Shown here: positions 1 to 64,000 of the stretch, piece by piece
How the letters are laid out: the number at the start of each line of letters is the position of its first letter
Position numbering within the stretch: the first letter of the stretch is position 1
DNA from: Callorhinchus milii
Taxonomy: Eukaryota
Assembly: GCF_018977255.1 (NCBI RefSeq)
Contig: NW_024704743.1
Span: 95,358,001-95,422,000, forward strand
DNA: 64,000 nt
Direction: 5' to 3'
Notes under the pieces: generated by a model
The model's input: the letters and a program-made list of their open reading frames with translations, nothing else
Told to the model about the DNA's origin: nothing
Database searches by the model: none
Program-made: the position numbers and the translations under genes

Positions 1-160
1 ATTTATATAGCGTTCTTCACGCGAGGTAGCATTTTGGAGCGCTTCCATAAATAACCACAAGCAAATGAACAATTCATCTGAAGGATACTTTAGTTTCTAC
101 TTGAGGACAGATAATTGGGAATTTGGATTAACATCTCAACTGAAAACTTGTGTCTCTGAC

Positions 161-477
161 AATAATAATAATAATCCTTGCATTTGATATAGCGCTTTTC
201 ACGTCGGGAGGACGTCCCAAAGCGCTTCACAGAACATACTGTAAAGTGAATTGACTGTATATTTGTGGGCGAACGCGGCAGCCAATTGCGCACAGCAATG
301 TCCCACAGCAGTTGTAGATTGAAAATGACCAATTTATTATTGTTTTTGGTTTTGGAGGGATTATTATTTGGCGTGTGGAGTAAGGAAACTTGCCCAAGGT
401 TTCGCCCTCTGCCTGGAATTGAACTCAGGTCTCTCACTTGCAAAGCGAGTGCTCTAACCACTGAGCTACAGGACTCC
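161..477 (-). mobile_element. Young tRNA-derived SINE, short form, full length
   Basis: Reverse complement of the GGAGTCCTGTAGCTCAGTGGTTAGAGC head with A/B boxes and the ...CAAATGCAAGG(ATT)n tail; near-identical to copies at 12988, 36047, 54837 and 56338. Confidence 0.92.
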
Positions 478-1180
478 AATGCAGGTCTTCTCAAAGACTA
501 CAATGGAATAACAGCCTAGGATGTGAACTCAAAGTCCCACGATATGGCTTCTGACCTAAAGATGCTACCATTTGATCCAAGCAGACACCAACTGAGCCAA
601 GCTGACAGGCCTGTCAGTAGGTTTGTATAGGACCGGTGTAATAGAAAGCCATATCTTTGAGGAATTGCCCTCCGTTTGTAAGCTGCTCAAAACTATGCAA
701 AGAAGGACAATTTTTGAAAGTGGTACCTATTCATTTACTGTTGCCGTGGACTGATTTTAGTAGGTTGTCTACATTCCTTCTAAGATGTGTAAATATATTT
801 GTTTAGCCAATAGACCTATGCTGGCAACAGATATTATTTATGATATATATACAGTACTAATAATAAAGAGAAACCCTGGTATCATAGGCAGGTTTTAATA
901 AACAATTCATTTTTATGCCTCTGTATTTGTAATACAAAGATTGTTTCTTGGAGTCAGCCATGGAATTCTTATCCCTCATACTGCCTGGCTCTGCGAGAAG
1001 CACTCATGCTTCTGTGTCAATAGGTTGGAGGTTCAAGTCCTATATCTGGATTTGAACTCACATAGCTCTAAGCTGACACTCCAGTGGAATGTTGGAGGTG
1101 TATTACATTATCAGAGGTGCTATCCTTTGGATTTAATGTTAAACCAAGGTCCCATCCGCCTATTCAGGTGGACATTCAAG

Positions 1181-1509
1181 ATAATAATAATAATACTTGC
1201 ATTTGATATAGCGCTTTTCACATCTTCATGCTTCACAGAATATGCTGCAAAGTGCAAAGTGGGCAAAATGCGGCAGCCAGTTGCACACAGCAGTGTCCCA
1301 CAAACAGTCATGGATTGAGTGACCACTTTTTTCAAGGATTATTATCCCTGGAAAAGCAATCCGCCAATCGACTAACAACCAGGTTCTTAATTACTGCTAG
1401 GTAAACAGAGGTGTGTGGAGTAAGGAAACTTGCCCAACATTTTGCCCTGCCAGGAATCGAACCCAAGTCTCTCGCTTGCGAGGCGAGTGCTCTAACCACT
1501 GAGCTACAG
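1181..1509 (-). mobile_element. tRNA-derived SINE, long form, nested in an older Deu-type SINE
   Basis: Same head and tail plus an extra internal ~70 bp segment; older SINE sequence continues on both sides (~980-1180 and ~1515-1740). Confidence 0.85.
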
Positions 1510-1920
1510 AATGCCATAAGATCCTTTCGCACTAATTGAAAAGCAAAGGAAGTTTCTCCCAATGTCCTGGTCAGAAATCCTGACCAAATAAAATTGTTCA
1601 TTCGTTTGTGGGACATTGCCATGCAATTGAGCTGCAGCGACTGATACAGTCACTACACTTCACAGTTAAACCTCTGAAGCTCTTTTAGACGTCCTCCCAA
1701 CATGGAAAAAGAGCTTTACCAAATGCAAAAATTATTATTATGGTAGTGGTGTACATTTAGAGCCCAGACTATATATGCTGTTATTTATTATTAATACAAA
1801 AAGAGAAGGGAGTTTCTCCTGGTGTTCTGGCCAACAATTTCCCAAATAAAATAGGTCATTCACTCAATGGCTCAATTTGTGAGTCATTACTGTGTGCAAA
1901 TTGGCTACTGAATTCATATA

Positions 1921-3570
1921 CAACAATAACAACAAGATTAGATTTGTATAGCGCCTTTCACATCAGGAGGACGTCCCAAGGTGCTGGAGAGTGTACAGGG
2001 AGGGAGAAGGGAGGGGAGAGGAAGGGGAGTGACCGATGACATGGTCGAAGAGGAGGGTTTTGAGATGGGACTTGAAGGAGGCTAAGGAGGGGGCGAGGCG
2101 GAGTGATTGGGGGATGGAATTCCAGAGGTTGGGGGCAGATGGTTAAAGGCTCTCCCGTCAATGGTGGGGTGGGTGGGTCGGGGGACGTTGAGCAGGCCAG
2201 AGCCGGCTGAGCGGAGGAAGCGGACGGGTTGGTAGGGACTTAGAAGGTCGCAGAGGTAGGGTGGGACGAGGTCATGGAGGGTTTTGTGTGTGAGGACCGG
2301 GATCTTGAACTGGATCCTCTGAAGGATAGGGAGCCAATGGAGTCGGGCGAGAATGTGGGAGATGGGATCACGGAGTTTGGTGCGGGGAAGACACAGGCTG
2401 CAGAGTTCTGGATTATCTGCAGCCTGTGGAGGGAGGAGTTGGGAAGGCCGACAAGCAGGGCGTTTGCATAGTCGAGCCTGGAGGTGATGAAGGCACGAAC
2501 AAGTATTTCAGCGGCCTGAGGGGTGAGGTAGTGGCGGAGTCGGGTGATGTTACGGAGGTGAGGGAAGGCAGAGCGGGTCATGGCTTGGATGTGGGGAAGA
2601 AAAGACAGTTGAGAGTTGAACAAGACACCTAGGTTCGTGACTGGCTGGTGAGTTGTAGTGTGCAACCATGGAGGTTGATGCAGCCCGAGCCTGAGGTGCT
2701 GAGACATTGGTGCGAACCAATCAGGAGGGACTCAGTCTTATTCACATTCAACTGTAGGAAGTTTGCACTCATCCAGGACTTGATGTCCGACAGGCAGTCT
2801 GTCAGGACAGCAGTGGTCCTGGAGTTGAGGGTGGAGGCAGAAAGCTAGAGTTGGGTGTCATCCATATATATATGGAAGTTGACCCCATGTCTGCGGATGA
2901 TGTCACCAAGGGGGAGCATGTAGATATTAAAGAGGAGAGGGCCAAGGACAGAGCCCTGGGGGACGTCATACGTGACAGTGAGAGAGCTAGGATTCGATCC
3001 AGGCAAGGGCATGTCCGCAAAGATTAAGTTAAAAGGAGAGGCGGTGTATGAGGATGGAGTGGTCGACAGTGTCGAAGGCGGCAGAGAGGTTGAGGAGGTC
3101 AAGGAGGCAGAGGGAGCCCTGATCACAGATGTTCAGAATGTCATTAGTGACTTTGACCAGGGCTGTTTCCGTGCTATGGGCAGCGCGGAAGCTGGATTGG
3201 AGGGATTCAAAGAGGGAATGGCGAGAAAGAAAGGAATGGAGCTGGGACACGATGACTCGTTCCAGGATCTTGGAGAGGAATGGGAGGTCAGAGATGGGGC
3301 GGTAGCTGGAGATGGGTCAAGGGAAGGGGTTTTCAGGATGGGGGTGATGACGGCTGTGTTTAGGGCGGTGGGAACTGAACTGGTGGACAGGGAGAAGTTG
3401 ATGACATTGGACAGGAGAGGGGCCAGAAGGTGGAACTGAGAGATGAGGAGAGAGGTGGGGATGGGATCGAGGGAGCAGGTGGTGGGTTTGAGTTTGTGAA
3501 CGATGGCAGTGAGGGAGGAAGGAGAGATAGGGTCGAAGGAGTTTAGGGGCAGATGGGTCATGTGGGAAAG
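1921..3570 (-). mobile_element. 5'-truncated, frameshifted L2-clade LINE (RT domain plus 3' end)
   Basis: Minus-strand ORF fragments [61 protein letters not shown]; tail ending (TTG)n. Confidence 0.92.
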
Positions 3571-3981
3571 GTGATGTAGGGGTGGCGGTGTATATACAAA
3601 TACACAGTCACTACAATTTAACTTTATGAATATTTTGAGATGTTTTCACAACGTGATAAGGGGTTATTTCAAAGAATTATTATTATTCTCCACTTAATAT
3701 GAAATGTTACCTTGGCATGCCAGTGGCTTTCTGGTGTCTCTTTTTTATTTGTAAATTGTGGAACGGACACATTAAATAAAGAGAGGATGGTTACGAAAGA
3801 TTCCCAGCTGGGTGAAATCTTGGGCAAGTATTCTTACTCCACACACCTGATAAGAATCCCTCAAGAAAAAAAATTGGTCACTTCAATCCATGATTGTTTG
3901 TGGGAGACTGCTGTGTGCAATTCTCTGCCGCGTTTTGCCCACAAATATACAGTCAATTCACTTTACAGTATGAACAAAACG

Positions 3982-4400
3982 CAAAATACTGCAGATGCTG
4001 GAAATCTGAAACAAAAACAGAAGTTGCTGGGAACACTCAGCAGCTCAGGCAGCATCTATGGAGAAAGGAAAGTGAGGTCAACCTTTCGGGTCCACAACCC
4101 TTCATCAGAACTGGAGCATGTTGGAAAGGTTAATAATGCAAAACAAACGGAAGGAAAATTGCAACAAAACAGGCAGACCAGAGGAAGAAAAGGTGTGCCT
4201 GGGACCCAGATGATGTGGTAATGGTCACAGAAGAGGAGGAGGGGGAAGGTGAGCTGTTATGGTCAAACAGCTCCCCCTCCCCCACCGCCCTTTGTTTTGC
4301 ATCATTAACTCCTCTTTAACCCATTATCCCCTGTTTCCTACTCCATTTTCTCCTTTGTCTTCCTTGCCCTGCCTCCCGTCTCTCTGTTAGTCCTTCAAAA
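3982..4400 (-). mobile_element. Penelope-like element terminal fragment with an inverted segment and a hammerhead-like core
   Basis: aaaatactgcagatgctggaaatctgaa...gcagcatctatggag terminus (second copy at 29510-29612); minus-strand CTGATGA...GAAA core; 4129-4147 is inverted at 4291-4309. The family assignment is from recall of shark repeats. Confidence 0.6.
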
Positions 4401-5685
4401 TCAATACGTTTAGGAGGAGCTTAACTAAATCTGAATGTCACTGTATTTTAGCTCTAGTCTTAGTTGTGGTTCATTTTTTGGGAATTTCCGTTTTGATCTC
4501 TGTAAACTAATTTCACTCTCAGCAGTCATGTTACACTAATACCAATATGTGTGATTGTTTTTGCATGTGTGTGAATCTTTTTATATCGGTAAATTAAATT
4601 TTTATCTGTAAATTCTTTCACTCTTCATACCTTGGTGTCACAACCCTCACTGTCAGCTCTTACTGTTTTGAATGATATGAGGCTCATGCTCAGACTCACA
4701 CTCAATCCCTGCCTTCATTGCTCTTTCTGAACTGCCCCGATTATTTTCCCTCTAGTGCAAAACTATCATTCTCTAATGGAGCTCTTCTCATCCTTTTATA
4801 AGAGACTTAAAACTTGGCTTTTAGTCATTGCCAAGTCTCGCTCTCTTTCACATTGCTATTCATCTTATCCTTTGTGAAGTGCACTATTTAAATCCAAGTT
4901 ATTGTTGTTGGCCTTCAAACCCTCCCTCCTCAAATTTGGTATCACCGGTTGCAGTTAAAATGAGCACGTTGGAGGTTAAAGCTAAGATTGCTACTAATTG
5001 GGACTGTTTTGACAAGGACGCCTGTGGCTGTCTGCTCTGAACAACAACAACAAGATTCCATTTATAGAGCGCCTTTCACGTCGGGAGGACGTCCCAAGGC
5101 GCTGAAGTCTACCTATGGACAAAAGAGAACAAAAAAAAGTCTAAAACATACGTTTAACTCTCAGCCTCGATTAATACTCTTAAGTTTGGTGAGAAACCAT
5201 CAGTGTAATGAGGTGATTTTCTAACCATCCAACTGCAGGAGCTCAGGTCACTGGCAGATGATTTAGTTTATGGGCAAACCATTTTAATGGCTTTTTAAAA
5301 ATGGGTTTAAGTTTCCTTTAAAAGTATGTTCACCCTTTCTTTCACCAAACACGTCTTACACTGTTGCTGGGTGTTTTACTCCTGGTGCAGTGGTTTATAA
5401 TCTGATGGTGATCAGATTTTTTATCCATTAATGTGTGGAAATATGACATGATGGTGGACCCCAAGTGACCATTTAATATCTGCCAGAGAACAGCAGGATC
5501 TTCTTTTTTCTGCCAATATTTATTTTCTTCTTTTCATTCCTATTCTTCTCTGGAAGGTGTTTTGACAAACCAAATCTTTTTCCATTGAAGCCAGAAGGAA
5601 ATTTAAATCTACCCCTGTATCAATAAAGAACAACAACTTGTATTTATATAGCACCTTTCAAGTAGGATAAAATCTTGAAGTGCTT

Positions 5686-5970
5686 CACAATAACAACAAC
5701 TTGCACTTATATAGCTCCCTCCATGCAAGGTAGTGTCTAAGAGCGCTTAACGGTCTGACTCCACCCCGGGGGGAGGGGGAAGGTGGCCGTTGGAAGCGGT
5801 TAGTTAAGTAGGACTCGAACCACACGAGTGTTGTCCCACTAAGATAGATGAGGGAGGAGAACCGATCAAGGAGGATGGCATGGTCGAGTGTGTCGAATGC
5901 GGCAGAGAGATCCCTAGTCACAGATAGAGAGAAGTGACTTTGACAAGCGCTGTCTCTGTGCTATGGGCAG
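5686..5970 (-). mobile_element. Internally deleted L2 fragment
   Basis: [12 protein letters not shown] / [13 protein letters not shown] motifs joined directly to an L2-type tail. Confidence 0.75.
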
Positions 5971-5979
5971 TAATACTAG

Positions 5980-6317
5980 TAATAATCCTTGCATTTGATA
6001 TAGCGCTTTTCACGTCTTCACAGAATATACTGTAAAGTGAATTGACTGTATACTTGTGGGCGAAATGTAGCAGCCAATTGCGCACAGCTGTGTCCCACAA
6101 ACACTCGTGGATTGAGTGACCAATTTATTATTATTTTTTGAAGGACTCATTACCCCTGGAAAAGCGATCCGTCAATCGATTAACAACTGGGTTCCTACTT
6201 ACTGCTAGCTAAACAGAAGCGTGTGGAGTAAGGAAACTTACCCAACATTTTGCCCTGCCAGGAATAGAACTCAGGTCTTTTGCTTGAGAGGCGAGTGCTC
6301 TAACCACTGAGCTATAG
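5980..6317 (-). mobile_element. tRNA-derived SINE, long form
   Basis: Tail, internal segment and head as in the 1181 and 17055 copies. Confidence 0.85.
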
Positions 6318-7696
6318 AACAATGGTAGGTTTGCACACTAAGCAAGGGAAGTGTGGGGCTACAGGCATGGTCAAAAAGTTAGGTTTTCATGTAGGATTTA
6401 AAGACAATCTATGAAGACAATGAGGTGTCTCCTGTTAAAAATCTCAAGGCACTATTCGAAAAGAGAAGGGAGTTTTTCTTTCGGTATCCTAGCCAATAAA
6501 CCCCCAAGTAAAATTGGTCACTAACTGCATGGCTGTTTGTGGGACATTGCTAAGTGCAAATTTGTTGCCATGATTTGCCCTCAAACCACTTTACAGTATA
6601 TCCTGTGAAGCATTTTGAGATGTATCAATGACATGAAAAGGCACTATATCAAATGCAAGGACAATTATTCAATTATTATAACAAATATAGCTGTTAAACA
6701 TATTTTACATTTGATGCTTCAGACCAGCTTTTCCTTAAATAAATTGTGTGTATTTCTTTTTATTCTATCTATTACTCATTCCGTTATTTGAGGGTTTATA
6801 ATTGCCATAAGTACCTGAGAGCGATCAGAAGGCTGGAATCTAAACCTGGGATTATTCAGGTGATATAAAACATGAAAGCAGAATTCGAGTGGTTTATAAT
6901 TATTCTGAATCTTGAGATTAAATTGCTGCTTTAAAAACTCTCCAACATGTTTCTCTAAAAATATATATTCTGTCTATAGTAAATTTTTTGGAGTGGTTGA
7001 ATTCATGTATGGATGTGTTTTGCTTCCAGTAGCTATAGTCATTGCAGAGTGTAAGCAGCGGCACCTCACGCTATTACTGATAGTCATTAAGATTAGTATT
7101 AAGAGCAATACTCTGCAATGCGATCTATAATAATAATCCTTGCATTTGATACAGCACCTTATCACGTCTTTGAGATATCTCAAAGCGCTTCACAGAATAT
7201 ACTGTAAAATATAGTGACTATGTTTTGTGGATGAAACGCAGTAGTCAATTGCGCACAGCAGTGTTCCACAAAGGGTCGTGGATTGAGTGACCACATTATT
7301 TTTTTTCTGGAGGGATCTGAGAAATAAGTGACATTTTATGCCTTGGTAATCCTATGGTCAGTTCTGAATTGGTCTATTTTACAATTGGTAAACTAATTTC
7401 CCCTGTACTTGATATAGCCAAGACATTAATTCACTATTAAGAATATGTACATAATTTTATGGACTGGATGGGTAACAGCATTGACTTTTTTTCCTGTTAA
7501 ATGTTACAGTTCATTGCAAAGTCTTCCATCTCGTTAACGCTCATGCATTTATTTATTTTTCAGGTCCAGGTTTTTTAATTTCATTGCCTTTCTCTCTAGT
7601 GTGTGGATCAGTGTTTGTCAACATCTGCATTCGTCCCCTGTCTCTCCAGTGCTCTTACTTCTCTCCTGTTTTTCTTGCTCAGGTGCTACGTGTCTG

Positions 7697-7760
7697 GGTG
7701 TGTGTGTGTGTGTGTGTGTGAGATGGTGTGTGTGTGTGTGAGGTGTGTGTGTGTGTGTGT
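7697..7760. repeat. Interrupted (GT)n microsatellite
   Basis: Three (GT)n runs separated by gagatg/gag. Confidence 0.95.
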
Positions 7761-7949
7761 TAAAGAGGTGGATCCCCCTCCCCTGTCAACCAGTCACATC
7801 CCCAACCTGGAGCCAAGTGCCGCCCATGAGAGGCTGGAAAGGCAGCCAAAAAAAAAGGTAACTCTACCTGAATCAGCTCACCCAACCCAAAGCCACATTT
7901 CCACACAATTTGTAAAGAGAGAGAGAAAAAAAAACTTTAATTTGAAGTG

Positions 7950-8160
7950 ATGTGGAGGTGGTGGGGTGGGGGGGGGATGGGGTGGGAAATAAAGTTGATG
8001 TCCAGTAACATTTGTTAAACCTTCCCTTCTTAAAGAGTGTATTTGGGAGGGAGTGAGGGGGTGGGGGGTTGATTGATACTCCCCCCCCCCCCACCCCCAC
8101 ACCTCAACCCCACCCCATCCTCTCTCTCACTCTCACCCTCCTCCTCCCCCACCCCTCTCC
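7950..8160. other. G-run / C-run cluster (G-quadruplex-capable on both strands)
   Basis: ggtggggtgggggggggatggggtggg and gggagggagtgaggggggtggggggg, followed by long C tracts. Confidence 0.7.
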
Positions 8161-8194
8161 TCTCCAAACCAGGTTGAGTAAACTGTTGTCATGC

Positions 8195-8468
8195 GTGTCT
8201 GTGAGGCTGTGTGAGAGAGTGACTGAGTGAGAGAGTGACTTGAGTGTGTGAGAGAGTGAGTGAGTGTGTGACTGAGTGAGAGAGAGAGAGTGACTTGAGT
8301 GAGTGAGAGAGTGAGTGAGTGTGTGACAGAGTGAGTGAGTGACTGTGTGAGAGAGAGAGAGAGAGAGTGAGTGAGTGACTGTGTGAGTGAGAGAGAGTGA
8401 GTGACTGTGTGAGTGAGAGAGAGGGTGAGTGAGTGAGTGACTGTGAGAGAGTGAGTGAGTGAGTGAGC
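8195..8468. repeat. Compound (GA)n/(GAGT)n/(GT)n microsatellite just upstream of exon 1
   Basis: ~275 bp of gagtgagtgagagagtgactgtgt-type units; source of the low-complexity His/Ser ORFs on the minus strand. Confidence 0.95.
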
Positions 8469-8630
8469 TGTGAGGTGGCACAGTGCTGGAGGGGCCGCTG
8501 ATCTACCGGTTTTACAGACAGCCCCAAAAGAGGAATTACCTGTCGGTCGGGCTCTCGGCGGCGCAGAGCCACCGCACCGACTTGAAAGTCCAGTTTCGCA
8601 AGAAGAAGCGCCGGGGAGAGCCGCACAAAT

Positions 8631-63877
<55,247 letters not shown>

Positions 63878-64000
63878 CAGGAAATAAGAATGGCTTCCAA
63901 TAATAACACAGTCAACATCTGCCTCGAGAGTGGATGAAAACTTAAGCATTTCTCAGTTACAAACAAGATTACTGATGAACTGGTACTCCACAGTCAAGAG

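Noticed and set aside
90..494. Recurrent ORFs such as ESCSSVVRALAL and WDIAVRNWLPRSPTNIQ
   Set aside because: Translations of the non-coding SINE, repeated wherever it is inserted.
1921..3570. Active LINE reverse transcriptase gene
   Set aside because: 5'-truncated, with several frameshifts and stops; the same holds for the other L2 and CR1 fragments.
63972..63985. Other CTGATGA motifs (also ~11045, ~60277) as hammerhead cores or C/D boxes
   Set aside because: No stem II plus GAAA arrangement, and no convincing paired C/D boxes with a terminal stem.

Overview
Vertebrate genomic DNA containing the complete coding region of a grainyhead-like 2 (GRHL2) transcription factor gene on the + strand. 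It has 16 coding exons from ATG 8631 to TAA 63877; every junction is GT-AG and in phase, and the 1890 nt CDS gives 629 aa. The N-terminus MSQETDNKRLV, the CP2 DNA-binding domain and the C-terminal dimerisation domain match GRHL2 rather than GRHL1/3. The repeat content (tRNA-headed and Deu-type SINEs, L2, CR1, a Penelope-like end) suggests a cartilaginous fish, possibly a chimaera (inference). The promoter/exon 1 region is CpG-rich, with microsatellites and G-runs. Most listed ORFs are repeat- or low-complexity artefacts. The most unusual signals are: a ~185 bp inverted repeat enclosing exon 4; an ~87 bp inverted repeat in intron 7 with a G-U wobble bias; a ~205 bp templated copy from intron 1 inserted into a SINE in intron 5; a hammerhead-ribozyme-like core in a Penelope-like fragment upstream; a spacer-less tail-to-tail SINE palindrome; a UGG-rich, weakly spliced exon 3; and a candidate alternative first exon. 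Repeat boundaries are approximate and identities were estimated by eye. I found no CRISPR array, prokaryotic operon or intact transposon ORF.
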